A DNA stretch of 63,892 bases, filler included, from Octopus bimaculoides (taxonomy: Eukaryota): NCBI RefSeq assembly GCF_001194135.2. It is 12 parts of 11 records of this genome, joined end to end, with 100 filler letters (N's around TTAATTAATTAA, not from the genome) between each part and the next. Parts side by side here need not be neighbours in the genome. Positions count along the whole stretch, not along the records: positions 1 to 14,841 come from NC_068996.1; positions 14,942 to 22,470 come from NC_068986.1; positions 22,571 to 32,995 come from NC_068991.1; 9 more parts are not named here. The stretch is one strand, 5' to 3'. The position numbers and the translations under genes are program-made. Positions 11,911-25,075 of this stretch are shown here, piece by piece. How positions within the stretch are numbered: the first letter of the stretch is position 1; each line of letters opens with the position of its first letter. The notes beneath the pieces were generated by a model, which searched no databases, was not told the DNA's origin, and saw only the letters and a program-made list of their open reading frames with translations.

Positions 11911-12339
11911 CGTATTCTGGACATTGTCCGGACTGCGCCGATTGTATTTTGTTTAGAAACACCTCTTGTTTTGCAGGAGGTGTGCATAAAGAAATATTGA
12001 TTTGTAACAACTTGCGAAAAAAGCAAATGTTTTGCCACTTTTGTTATTTATTTAAAGATGGCTGATAAAGAAGTCATCATAATGTTCCACAACGACGCGT
12101 TTTTGTCGGAGAAAAGACAGAATGAAGGCGGGGCGTGGAACACACATGATGACGTCGCCGAGGCGAAAACAGTTTCGTCTTTAAGCAACGTCAAGAGATT
12201 AGGTGATTATGACGACAACAGCAGCAGCAGCAGCAGCACTAGCAGAAGTGGCAAATAACAACAACAACAACGATACTAACGATAGGAAACTTAGAAACGT
12301 CATTAACCTCACTGCCACTGCCACTACAACCATTTTCTT

Positions 12340-13133
12340 TATTTAAGCACTCAGATTTTTAAAGAGGCGACAAACCACCTCCGCTTCAGTGGAGGTTTCT
12401 TTTGCGATTGTTACCAGAAGTTTGGAAGATTTCCGCATAGGTGAAGAAGATCTGAAAATGATCAGGAAAATTGTTGAAAGGAATAGGAGAAGAGTAGCCC
12501 TAAACCCTGCATCTGATGTGAACGAGAATCTTATGATGTATGGGGACATACCGCTGCATCGGAGTTAAATCACGCCGGGTGAAAAATGCTTCTGTGAGCC
12601 AAATACCAAAAATGCCTTGGTACGTGTTTGAGCCGTTTGAACAGAAGAGCCACATCACCCGATGAAAGAAATTTGAAACTATTGAGGTGAGATTAAAGAC
12701 CGAAGAAGAAGTCAGGTGTCATTGAGCGACCACTTTGAGGAATGAAAACTGACCCTAACCCTAACCCTACCTATCGCAGTCAACACCTTGCTAAGATTAG
12801 GATATTGAACGTGCCATCAGAAATATCCATCACTTGGTTAGTGGCGGTCATCCTGGCAGGTTTAGAAGGCGATGTGACAATGTTGGAGGTCAAGAAAATA
12901 CCTAATCAAAACCGGTCGGGAATAAATATGGAACTGACCTTACAATGTCAACAAGCCTATATCGACCAGCTGCCCGATCTAATCCATCTCCCGATTAGTA
13001 CTTCATTTGTCAGTAGAGGATAGAAGACCAAGATGTCACACATGTGGGTTTGCGATGTACTAAAGAAGCCATACTTTGTCACCGCTCCTTCCGCACGGTC
13101 GATTTCAGAACGTTTACTAAGCTGGGAACGTAT
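12340..13133 (+). mobile_element. L1/Tx1-like LINE fragment (ORF1 part joined to a downstream segment)
   Basis: KIRILNVPSEISITWLVAVILAG is homologous to the 6589-6850 ORF1. Confidence 0.55.
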
Positions 13134-13839
13134 NNNNNNNNNNNNNNNNNNNNNNNNNNNNNNNNNNNNNNNNNNNNNNNNNNNNNNNNNNNNNNNNNNN
13201 NNNNNNNNNNNNNNNNNNNNNNNNNNNNNNNNNNNNNNNNNNNNNNNNNNNNNNNNNNNNNNNNNNNNNNNNNNNNNNNNNNNNNNNNNNNNNNNNNNNN
13301 NNNNNNNNNNNNNNNNNNNNNNNNNNNNNNNNNNNNNNNNNNNNNNNNNNNNNNNNNNNNNNNNNNNNNNNNNNNNNNNNNNNNNNNNNNNNNNNNNNNN
13401 NNNNNNNNNNNNNNNNNNNNNNNNNNNNNNNNNNNNNNNNNNNNNNNNNNNNNNNNNNNNNNNNNNNNNNNNNNNNNNNNNNNNNNNNNNNNNNNNNNNN
13501 NNNNNNNNNNNNNNNNNNNNNNNNNNNNNNNNNNNNNNNNNNNNNNNNNNNNNNNNNNNNNNNNNNNNNNNNNNNNNNNNNNNNNNNNNNNNNNNNNNNN
13601 NNNNNNNNNNNNNNNNNNNNNNNNNNNNNNNNNNNNNNNNNNNNNNNNNNNNNNNNNNNNNNNNNNNNNNNNNNNNNNNNNNNNNNNNNNNNNNNNNNNN
13701 NNNNNNNNNNNNNNNNNNNNNNNNNNNNNNNNNNNNNNNNNNNNNNNNNNNNNNNNNNNNNNNNNNNNNNNNNNNNNTTCAGGCCTTCTGCTTAAAGCAG
13801 AAATTAGTACGTCTCCAGCGTTAGAGGCTGTGCAAAGAC

Positions 13840-13906
13840 AACAACAACAAGAATGATGATGATGATGATAATAATAATATTATTAATAATAGTAATAATA
13901 ATAGTA

Positions 13907-13987
<81 letters not shown>

Positions 13988-13996
13988 GTAATAATA
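13840..13996. repeat. (CAA)(GAT)(AAT)n microsatellite
   Basis: Direct reading. Confidence 0.95.
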
Positions 13997-13999
13997 TAT

Positions 14000-14200
14000 A
14001 TGGATGACCTAAAACATGTCGTGTTGCTTTCTCTAGGCCCTCTCCGGTAAGATCGGATTGCATAGACAGTCTCCAAAACTCTGCGGCATACGCATCGACT
14101 TGTTCTCTTATCTACCTGACAGTTCCCAGCTTAGTAAACGTTCTGAAATCGACCGTGCGGAAGGAGAGGTGACAAAGTATGGCTTCTTTAGTACATCGCA
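14000..14200 (-). mobile_element. LINE fragment of the same family as 13051-13129, inverted
   Basis: 14122-14200 is the reverse complement of 13051-13129 with one mismatch. Confidence 0.6.
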
Positions 14201-14467
14201 CGGTTGATGCAAATAAAATATGGAAAACGATAAATGAGAATAAGTGCCAGAAGGAAAAGAGAGACACAACCGGGGTAGAATGTTTAAGAGAAGATTTTAT
14301 TTTTATGTTAACATGTTTGTCTGTGTATGCGTCATGTATACATAATTAAATTCTTTATTGCCCACAANNNNNNNNNNNNNNNNNNNNNNNNNNNNNNNNN
14401 NNNNNNNNNNNNNNNNNNNNNNNNNNNNNNNNNNNNNNNNNNNNNNNNNNNNNNNNNNNNNNNNNNN

Positions 14468-14841
14468 CGCACAGACCTCCCTCAAGCACTGCTCGATCTT
14501 CGCCGCACTCACTTGGTCTTCCTCGTCCATCTCGAGGTACAGCGCCAGCAAGCTTACCTCCAGGTACAGGGCCATGAGACTTGCTACATCGTTGATGCAT
14601 TGTAGCCTGGCCACTACTTTGATCTTACGGATGCAGGCTACTACATCTCTTTCGCCATAGAAAGGAGTAATGGCATTGCTGCCGATTCTTACCTTTGTTG
14701 TCATCTCGTGGCAGGAGACAACAACAACAGAGAAATATAATGATTTATGAGTGCCCAAACAGCTTGTACGAAGGAACTAGAATGAGGGGAAATAAGGTAC
14801 GGTACACCTACCATCGTGTTGTCGGCCGTCTTAAGTCCAAA
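14468..14841 (-). mobile_element. Second Gypsy copy: LTR part plus gag N-terminus
   Basis: 14748-14841 matches 11016-11110. MTTKVRIGSNAITPFYGERDVVACIRKIKVVARLQ...LALYLEMDEEDQ resembles the gag start of invertebrate Gypsy families. Confidence 0.8.
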
Positions 14842-16144
14842 NNNNNNNNNNNNNNNNNNNNNNNNNNNNNNNNNNNNNNNNNNNNTTAATTAATTAANNN
14901 NNNNNNNNNNNNNNNNNNNNNNNNNNNNNNNNNNNNNNNNNTATATATAACTGTACATTATATATATACATGCATATATCTATATTTGTGTGCATATCTG
15001 TATGTGTGTGTGCATGTGTATATATACACACATACATAAAAAAAACTACAATACATTTCTATACATTGACTTTATGAAAAAAATTTCTCAAGAAAGAAAA
15101 CAAACATAAAATCTGTCTTAAACTTAAATCTCCTGATAGCACTTACCAGGAGATGAGGGCTCCATTTCCATTAGATACTCTCAGTTTTTTTCCTTTCTGT
15201 TTATCTCTTAACTGGACACTGTATTCACATTACTTTTTTAACAGCCCTAGTTAAATAATAAATCAATTTTAATTGTTTTAATAACAATTTCTTACATTTG
15301 TTCAAGGCTAGAAATTCAACCCAATAGTTGAGTACAAGTAGAGTGGTATTTATATTATCAGCATTAGAAGGATGAAAGGCAAATTTAACCTTAGCAATAA
15401 AATACTATCACTAGCAAGAATAATAGTAATAAAATAATAGAAATAAAAATAATAATAGTAGTTCTTTCTAATTGTAGCACAAGGTCCTTAACTTTAAAGG
15501 AAGGGGGTTAGTGAACCCAAAAGAACGAAAGGCAAGAACTGAACTCAGAATATAAGGAACTGAAAGAAATACTACAGTATTTCTTTCCAACATTCTAATG
15601 ATTCTGTCAGCTTACTGTCTTTGATTTCTGATTTAAGCACAAAGCCAACAATTTTGGTGGGAGGAGTCTAAATGATTTTATCAATCTCTGAATATGACTG
15701 GTATGTTATTTTATGAACCCTGAGAGATGAAAAGCAAAGTTGATCTTAGCAGTATTTGAAATCAGAACATGAAGGAAAAGCTATAACTAAGTTATTAAGT
15801 ACTGCAAGATATTTTGACTAAAATTCTAGTGATTCTGCCAACACAATCCTTTTTAATGATAACAAGAACATGAAGAAATAACAACAACAATAATTACTAT
15901 AACTCACATTATAAAGTAAAGGCCATCAGGAAAAAATGACAATTAAATAAAGAAGTTGCATTATTTTTGTCCATAATCATTAGGCTCAGATAGTCCAATG
16001 TTTTTTGTTTTTTTTAAGAGCAGTGACGAAGCAGCTGTTAGTTAATTCAACACACAGTTTCAGCATAAAAACACTGAGGAACAATCACTTAGGCAAATCT
16101 CATGAATGAACTGTACTATTAGTAACCCTTCTCTCTCACTAACA

Positions 16145-16214
<70 letters not shown>

Positions 16215-16814
16215 TCTCTTCCTTCCTCATGCTTACTCTTATACAAACACCCTAAGCAATCTTTATTTCTATTTTATTTACAGTTTTTTTTTTCTCACAG
16301 TCTAATACTATTTCAGACTCATTTCCCCCTAGCATGCTCTCATCTCTCTATCTTTCTCTTTATTTCTTATTTACCTTCTCTCTCTTTCTATCTTTCACAG
16401 TTTTTCCTTTTCATTCATCATCTGTATGTATACAAACATAAACACACACACAGAACACGAACGCGTGCACACACACACGTGTGTGTGTGTGTGTGTGTGT
16501 ATGTGCGTGCATGCATGTGTGTGTACATGTGTGTCAGAGGTGAAGTAACATTAAAATATGTTTTATAATGGAAAATCTGACAGATTTCTGGTACATTGAT
16601 GCACATAATGCACATGTGTTTGTATGTGAGTATATGTGTGGTCTATACATAGATGTGTATGTGTATCTATTTAATAATAGCTGATATAGATGTTGGCTCA
16701 CTGACTACTCGTCACACTTTACATTATATATAGAGAGAGGAGAGAAACAGCAAAGGAGAAGTACAGGGAGAGCTAACACACACACACACACACACACATT
16801 CATATATATCACAA

Positions 16815-17305
16815 GAATAGGTGCAGGTGAGGCTGTTTGGTAAGAAGTTTGCTACCCAACCACATGATTCTGAATTTAATCCTACTGCATGGGACCTTGG
16901 GCAAGTGTCTTCAACTATAACTTTGAGTTGACCAAAGCCTTTTGAATGGATTTGGTATATAAAATCTGAAAGAAGCCCATCATGTATATGTGTGTGTGAG
17001 TGTGTGAGTATGAGAGAGGAGATGTGTAAATGGGTGCATGTATGTGTGTATTACTGTCTTCTTGCCTTAATATTGCATGATAATTGTAAGCAAGTCTCAG
17101 TTATACAAGCAGCGTCCTTCATTTCCAATTTTCTGTGAAAACATGTCTGGTTATGGGAAAATATTACCTTACTTGAAGCAGGTGAGATTTGGCAACATGA
17201 AGGGTATCCAGCAGTAGAAAATCCACTCCCAAATTCCATTTGATCCATGCCAATATGGAAAAGTGGACATCAAAATACTGCTGCTGATGATGATGATGAT
17301 GATGA
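16815..17305 (+). mobile_element. tRNA/CORE-like-headed SINE with RTE-type 3' tail (family C)
   Basis: Head ggctgtttggtaagaag...gaccttgggcaagtgtctt, an internal (TG)n, and tail gaagggtatccagcagtagaaa...ccatgccaatatggaaaagtggac (GAT)n. Confidence 0.75.
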
Positions 17306-17347
17306 GAGAGAGAAAGAATATATATATATACATATATATATGTATAT

Positions 17348-17386
<39 letters not shown>

Positions 17387-17769
17387 NNNNNNNNNNNNNN
17401 NNNNNNNNNNNNNNNNNNNNNNNNNNNNNNNNNNNNNNNNNNNNNNNNNNNNNNNNNNNNNNNNNNNNNNNNNNNNNNNNNNNNNNNNNNNNNNNNNNNN
17501 NNNNNNNNNCTAGCTGAGTATCCTGTTGTTGCCAGGTAATTTTCACAATAGAATACCTTGGTGAACTTTCGAAAGTTGGATTTTCTCCATTTTGACTGAG
17601 ATTTTTTCAAATTTGCTTGTTACCACCTCCTTACAAATGATGGGGGGGGGGTGAAACATAATTTTAAAATAATAGTGAATTTTAAAAAAAACTTGTTTCA
17701 TTAAACCCCATAAACTCCTCATAAATCCTAAAAGTTTGGCATTTTTTAGAATCTCTTTTTAATCAGAGT

Positions 17770-20260
17770 TTTATAATATGGAGACATCAGGGAGAAAGAA
17801 GTCAATGGTTTTGTGAGAAAAGCTAGAGCAAAGAGTGCCCCAAGGGGTGATGGCATTTCATATAGAAGCTCTTTGTCCTGCTCTGACAGCTATGGCATGA
17901 AGAGACTCTAGTAGAGGATTGGTGTAAGGCAGAAGGCATGTACCTGCTGAAGGAAGTCAATGCAGAGACTATAAAACAGTTTAGGCCAATATCTTTATTG
18001 AATGTAGTAGGCAAGATCTTTCTGGGAATTCTCTCAAGGAGAATAATGGCATATCTACAGAGTAATGGATATGTTGCTGAATCTGTTCAAAAAGCTGGAA
18101 TCTCTGGATGTGTTGAGCATTGTTTCTTGATTTGGAAAGTGATCCAGGATGCCAAACAGAACAAGACAAGTCTGATCATGGTATGACTTGACCTAGCTAA
18201 TGCATATGGCTCAGTGCCACACTAATTACTGATAAGAGTCATGGACCACTTCCACAGTCTGGAGAAAGTAATAAAATTAATGAGCGTATATTATGACAGT
18301 TTTGAGATGAGGCTTACAGCTTGAAATTTTACAACAAATTGGCACTGATTGGAGACTGGCATCGCTGCTGGCTGCACAATATCTGTCACGTGGTTTATCC
18401 TAGTCGTGAAGATGATTTTGAAAGCAGTGGACTTTTTGAAACAAATCACCCATGTACAATCGCCTGAGAAGGCCTTCATGGATGACGTGACACTTCTGTT
18501 GACTGACAAGCAAATCATGCAGAATTCCCTCTTGAAGCTAGACAAGCTGATGAAGTGATCAAGGATGAGATTCAAGGCAAAAAAGTCGTGTAGTCTGATA
18601 TTTATTAAGGGAGTGCAGAAAGAAGTTAAGTTTAAAATAGCTGAAGAAAGCATTCAAACAGTCAACGAAAAACCCGTTAAGAGCATGTATATGCTGGAAC
18701 ATTGTCAGATAGGTGTCACGGGATGCAAATGATGAAACAAGCCAAGGATGGGTTAACAGCAATTGATAGCTCAAAGCTACTAGGTAAATATACAATATGA
18801 TGCTTATAGTTCAGCTTGTCTCCATGCCTTTGAAAGCCACTTCTGATATACAAGGTGGCATTGTCATGAGTTCCAATCATTAAACAAAAGTGTAATGTGT
18901 TCATTAGAAAGTGGCCAGGCCTACCTAGGATACTGAACAGTTCAGCTCTCTATTGTTAAAGGGGTTCATTGCAGTTACCACTGGCGTCAATTGTCAAAAT
19001 TTATAAATTAGAGAAGGTACAAACAATGATGATGCTGAGAGAGTCAAATGATACAGAAATCAGGCATAATCCACTAGATGTAAAAACAGTCATGAAGTGG
19101 AAAGCAGAAGCAGAAGCTGATGACATCCTGTCTTCACTTACACACCAAGATATGGTGGGTGCAATGCAAATTCATTGGAAGGGACTTGGATTTGGTGCAG
19201 ATCGGTTCAGACCATTTGCAAGCATGATGTGGAGTGAATGCAGATTTGTTGTTAGCAACAGCATTAAAGCAAGGGAAACAGAGAGAAGAGGGCTTCATTT
19301 GATCTAATGCACTCAACAAGAACAGATGACAAAATGGAAGGAACATATTGTTGAGAGAAAAATAAGTTGGAATGAGATATGGAAGTGGACTACATTACGT
19401 CTAAGTTTTCTGATTCATTCATCCTAGTAAGATGGAACATCTCAGAAAATGATATATGCAGATGTGGAAAAGTTGGAACATTGAAGCATATTCTTTCCAA
19501 CTGTTCACTAGTATTGAATAGATATACATGAAGACACAATCTGGTCCTTAAGGTTATCTTCAATGCTATAAAGAACCAAATTGCTCTCATCAACAGTGGC
19601 AAAAAAAAAAAAAAAAACATTGAAAGAGCCAACCAAAGATTTCATTATCTTCGTGTGCTCAGGACAGCAGATATGTTTGAAGAAGAAGAAGAAATTTCCT
19701 GTGAGCAATGAAAAGTGGAACGGCTATTGGGAGATGGCTGCAGATTTACTAGGGTGCTAAGGATTCTTTCCCATCCCAGTTACAAAGAAACTGGATATCA
19801 TAATATGATGTGAAAGAAAGAAAGAGATAAATCTAGTCAAGTTAATGGTTCTTCATGAAGATAACATGGACACTGCTCAGGCTCAAAAGATTGATTGATT
19901 GTGAAGACACAGGCTGGAAAGAGGATCATTCCAGTCAGATGTAGAAGATTCATTGGACATAGTGTAAGGTGACTGTTGTTATCGTTAGGCCTAACTCATT
20001 GTAAAGCAAATACCACCATGAATGATATCCAAACTACAGTGGAAAAGGCAAGCCACCAGATTTGGTTAAAAAGAGATGATGAGCAATCACTAGAAAAATA
20101 TCAAGCTAAATCTGATAACCAGTTGATCTAGCAAGCAGGGCTTCATTTCAGTGAGGGGGAAGGTAGTGCGCAATTATGCTATCACGAGGTAGACCCCGAA
20201 AGGGTGTACATTCTCTGCTGATGACCCCATACATTTGCTGGTATCTGGTATGTGGAGCTT
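17770..20260 (+). mobile_element. Decayed RLE-type non-LTR retrotransposon, HERO-like
   Basis: FRPISLLNVVGKIF, VQKAGISGCVEH, LDLANAYGSVPH, GIAAGCTIS, KAFMDDV (RT); CGKVGTLKHILSNC...RHNLVL zinc knuckle; endonuclease remnant near 19780-19870. Many stops and frameshifts. Confidence 0.85.
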
Positions 20261-20923
20261 TCAACTAGTAGCACTTGCATCTGCAAGTTGTTTGCAAAAC
20301 ATATATTCTAGAAAAATTTTAGAAATATGCTATGGAGGTTTGTAGTTTGATCATGTTTACCCAATCAGAAAACAGGATTTTTGTATGTGATAGCTGTGAT
20401 AAAATGAAAATAAACAGTTGACACACTATCTCCTCCAAACCAAAACTTTTATGCTTTCTGAAATTCGCCAACAGTACATCTGATGCCCCCCATCATGCAG
20501 TTTTGGTTACTTTTTCTGACGAGATGTAGTGCATCCAAGCACTGTGTACAATAAGTTCATTATATGCACTATATTATATATATTAGAATATGAGGTGTTA
20601 AACAAAATAAAAACAATGCATGAGAGTTAATACATACACAAAGAGAGTGAGTGCCAAAGAGTATGGTAAATATATAGTGAGAGATAGTTTGATAGTGACA
20701 GATAGAGAGTAGGAGAGTTGTCAATTATTTCTCATAGAAAGTTGTCAAGTTATTTCTCATAGAAAATTATAGTTTTTTATTACTATTTACAAATAACATT
20801 GACTGTGGAATGCAGAAATCAAAAATCAAATTTGTTCTTCTGAAGGACACACTGTTTCAGAGCCTTTTTGAGCTAAACACACATATACAACCACATACAA
20901 CTCACATTTATACAGTAGATATT

Positions 20924-20992
<69 letters not shown>

Positions 20993-21029
20993 AAATATAG
21001 AAAAAAATATGCAGGTCCAATAAGTACTG

Positions 21030-21790
21030 AAAATGCACAGACAATAGACTCCCTCTAATGCTTGGGAGGTGGCGGGAATATCATTAGAAGTAGTAGATTG
21101 TTGTTGTTACCTAGGTGATCAAGTTAGCAGTGGAGGAGGAAGTTCTGAAAGCATAGTTGCTAGAACAAGAATGGGCAGGGCAAAGTTCAGAGAGATTCTA
21201 CCTATGTTGGTAACTAAGGGCCTCTCCCTCAGAGTGAAAGGCAGATTGCATGATGCCTGTGTATGTACAGCTATGCTACATGGCAGTGAAACATGAGCTT
21301 TAACTACAGAAGACTTGCAAAAGGCTTGAAAGAAATGAAGCTAGCATACTCCGATGGATGGGTAATGTCAGTGTGCACACATAACAGAATTTAAAAGATT
21401 TAAGAAGAAAACTGGGTATAAGAAGCATCAAATGTGTGTAAGAGAGAAAACTGCACTGGTTTGGTCAAGTGATGCATATGGATGAGGACAGCTGCATAAA
21501 AAAGTGCTGAGCTCTAATTGTGGAGGGAATCTGCAGAAGGGGTAGACCCAGGAAGACATGGGTGAAGTTGTGAGAAGGAATCTTCTGACGCTGAGCCTCA
21601 CTGAAGAAAAGGCAAGGGACCAGGAGTTGTGGCAATTTGCTGTACTTGAGAGAATGAGTCAAGTGAAGTAAAATTGCTGTCATCCATACATACAAACTTG
21701 CCTTTTACATGTGCCAGTGCCACATAAAATGCACTTGTGCCAATGCTGCATACATGTACCTGTGCCAGTGGCATGTAAAAAGCACCCATA
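21030..21790 (+). mobile_element. RTE LINE 3' fragment
   Basis: LEVVDCCCYLGDQVSSGGG...LRVKGRLHDACVCTAMLHGSET; homologous to 54652-55110. Confidence 0.9.
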
Positions 21791-22744
21791 TGCACTCATA
21801 TATTTGTCAATAGAGTGGGTATATTGATCGAAGTGTACAGTATAATATATTCAATCCAGTGACGTGCAGTGACTTCTAAGGTTGGTCATGCAATAAATAC
21901 TTGGCGCACATGGTGGAGATGTAACCCAATCCCTCCCCACCTTTAAAAAAAATTTTTTTTACTGAAACCACGTTTCCGATTCTGGAATACAAATTGGCAA
22001 AAATCGCAACTTCAAAATTTCAATTACCCCAACCCCCTTCCCTCCCAATTCTACGGCCTTCAAGCAGGCTATCTATATGATAGAAATAACAGCTAAATCT
22101 CACAAGAATTTGTTGGGCAAAGAAAACTGCGATAAAATAATGAAACAAATATGTAATCAATCTACTTACCTTAAAAGACTTTGTTGGAGATTTGACTTAT
22201 TTCTTCACTCATATTTTTTGTAACTTTCAAGTTTCATTTGGTAGAAAAAAAACACTTTCAGTTGTAAAAAAAAGAAAAGAAAAGAAAAAAACAATGAACA
22301 CTTTAATTTCACTTTCTCACAGTATACCTCATTTTACTGTGGGAAATTTCTCTGAAAGAAATCTTTGCAGTAAGGTGAGTAGATTGATTACATATTTCTT
22401 TCATTATTTTATTGCAGTTTTTTTTTCACCCAACAAGTTCCTGTGAGATTTGGCTGTTATTCCTAGCATGNNNNNNNNNNNNNNNNNNNNNNNNNNNNNN
22501 NNNNNNNNNNNNNNTTAATTAATTAANNNNNNNNNNNNNNNNNNNNNNNNNNNNNNNNNNNNNNNNNNNNAAGCCATAATTTTAAGGAGCGATAAGAATT
22601 TTGAATAAAGGAAAATGGGTAGGGGTGGGTAGGTACCGCCAGCGAGTAGATAGGGCTCTTAATTGTAGATTTTAAATATTTGAGAGACAACAATGCATAA
22701 ATCCAAATTTTAATACTCTTATGAATATTGTCTGCACTTGTTAT

Positions 22745-22920
22745 TAGAGCTGGCAGAATTGTTACTGCACCAGGCAAAATGCTTAGTGGCATTTAATCTG
22801 TCATTATATTCTGAGTTCATACTTTTGGGGTTGATGAATTAAGTACCAGTTGTGCACTGGGGTTAATATAATTGACTTCTTCCCTCAAAAACCAGGCTTT
22901 GTGCCTATAATAGAAAGGTT
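22745..22920 (+). mobile_element. SINE family A copy
   Basis: gagctggcagaattgtt...ctgagttca...gtaccagttgtgcactgggg. Confidence 0.75.
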
Positions 22921-24296
22921 TATTAGCTACTGCCAATATGCTTGAATTTATACAATCAATGCAATTACCCAGTTTGCTAATACTTTTTGATAACAAAAGG
23001 TGTTAATTATCTACTAGTCGTCACTAAAATAAGTTTAGTGACAACTAGTAGATACTCAACATGGTAACAGCACAGAAAATTACACAGCTAAAATATTCAG
23101 TGCAGCATTACTTTAATCCAGATTTTCATTGTATGTTTTTGTTTTATTCTTATTCTAGTAAAAAAAAATTGCCATATCAATCTGAGAAAATTACAAAATA
23201 TTGTGGTTTGAATTTAATTATGCTGTTGCATTTCAACATAGATCATTTTTTTCTATATTGGCCTTTCAAATCATTTAGGAATGTACTTGTAAAATTACTG
23301 GTGTCTTATCTCGAGGAAGCTCTATGCTCCTTCCAGTTTATAGCCTAAAACTGAAACTATGCACCATTTGATTAATAAGTGATGTTTTTTGTTGTTGTTT
23401 TTCTTTTAATCTTTAGTATACTCATTGCCAACATTTCATATTAAATGGTTGATACTCTATTGTTTGGGGATAAGGAACACTATTCTACTTGTTTCAGTTG
23501 ACTTGATTGGATAATAGCTACTTAGGGAATCAAGCAAACAAAATAGTTAAAACAAAGGGCTTCCAAACAGTTGCTTCACTTCCTAGAAATAGCAGCTAAA
23601 TCTTCCTCAAATCAAATTTAGAAAATGTGCTACTGAGTGAGTACACAGTACCTAGAAACAAGTTAATACTATAATTTACTGATGAAGTCTAATAATTCTA
23701 GAGCTTGCTCAAAGTTATAACCCTACTATTGAAGAACAAACCCACTGACTGTCTTTATTTATTTATTGTGATGGCAGCTAGCCATATAAATTACCATTTT
23801 TCTGTACTTTTAATCAAAATTTCTTGGTAAACTACCTTACTAACCAGGTGAAATTTTGACGATTTGATTTTTTTGAGTGGTACAGCAATGTTTCCAAGAA
23901 GATATAACAAATCTATTGATCGCATTTTGTTTTAAGAAAATGAATTTCCAATTCCAAAATTTAAGATAACCAGGGCTTTACCTACTTCCTGCATTTAATG
24001 TTAACAACTAGTGCTTTTTAAGCGTAATTTATTATCTAAACAATATATGCGTTTCGTGTATAAAGCTTTAAGTGTCTGCTTCATTTTGTTTACAGTTTAA
24101 CAGGTTAGAAAGAAAACAAACAAAATACCGAGTAAAGACTTGCCAAAACAGGAACCCCCCTAAAAGCAGTAGAAATGCACGAACGATTGTGGTGGTGTCA
24201 TGAAGTAAATATGCTTCGGATACACTCGTTTACTCATACGAACGTAACTGGGATGAAATATGTCATAAATAACAGTGACAAACGAAATATACACCG

Positions 24297-24361
24297 CCGG
24301 AAGTTGTTGTTGGCAAACAACAGCAGTAATTTTATTCAGCTGAATACACGTCATTGATTGG
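24297..24361. promoter_or_regulatory. Promoter motif cluster: ETS (CCGGAAGT), CRE/ATF-like (TGACGTG, minus) and CCAAT (minus)
   Basis: CCGGAAGT at 24297-24304, CACGTCA at 24347-24353 and ATTGG at 24357-24361, in a CpG-retaining, repeat-free stretch upstream of UTP23. Confidence 0.55.
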
Positions 24362-24695
24362 TTGAAATTACCGAAATACGACAACTTTAACACGAAATAA
24401 CTTCGAAACTAGAAACCTTTCTCAACAACGTTAAGAGTAAAAGATGTTCTATATGACACATTTTACCAGTATCCGAAGTTTCAAAGTGTTTAGTTAAAGA
24501 AAATTAATTAATCGAGCTGCCCATCAAAAGGACAAGATCCATCATATCCTTTTTGTTTCAAGACTTACATTGTCTTTTGTGTTTGCTCTTTTTTTCCTAA
24601 AGACATCTGCATGTGGTATGAGAGAGATTTGAGTGCTGTTTTTAACAGGTTAAACGACTCCATTGAAGCTCTTTAAGTCATGTATTCAGATGAAA

Positions 24696-24773
24696 CCGGA
24701 AGATATAATAACGTAGCGTTCCAAGGGATATCACTCTTGTTTCTAACATTGCGCCGCCTAGCGGATCAATCAG
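24696..24773 (+). other. UTP23: Probable UTP23 proximal promoter and 5' non-coding exon
   Basis: CCGGAAG at 24696 and a strong donor CAG|GTAAGA at 24773/24774. The first coding exon has an acceptor (TTCCAG|, 26607) 16 nt before its ATG, so an upstream exon is implied. Confidence 0.6.
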
Positions 24774-24904
24774 GTAAGACGTTGTTTTGAACGAATCTAA
24801 TTTCATATTGTAAGTAATTCATTAGCACTTTGTTCTAAACATCTAATTAATAACCATTCCTGTACATGTTTTAGATTTAAAATAGAAGAATCTGACGTTA
24901 AACA

Positions 24905-25075
24905 GGTACGAGCATAGTTGTAGAGTTGCCAAGTTCGCTACCACATGGTCCGAGGCCCAATTCATCTGCACGTTGTCTTGAGCAAGTGTCTTCTACCAAT
25001 GCCCCAGGTTAATCAATACTTCATGAGTAAAATATGATAGACGGAAACTGTGCAGAAGTCCATTGTATACGTATA
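24905..25075 (+). mobile_element. Degenerate SINE head (family B/C)
   Basis: cttgagcaagtgtcttcta...gacggaaactg. Confidence 0.6.

Noticed and set aside
12753-12770. (CCCTAA)2-CCCTAC telomere-like repeat
   Set aside because: Too short to indicate an interstitial telomere, and it lies inside a LINE ORF1 relic.
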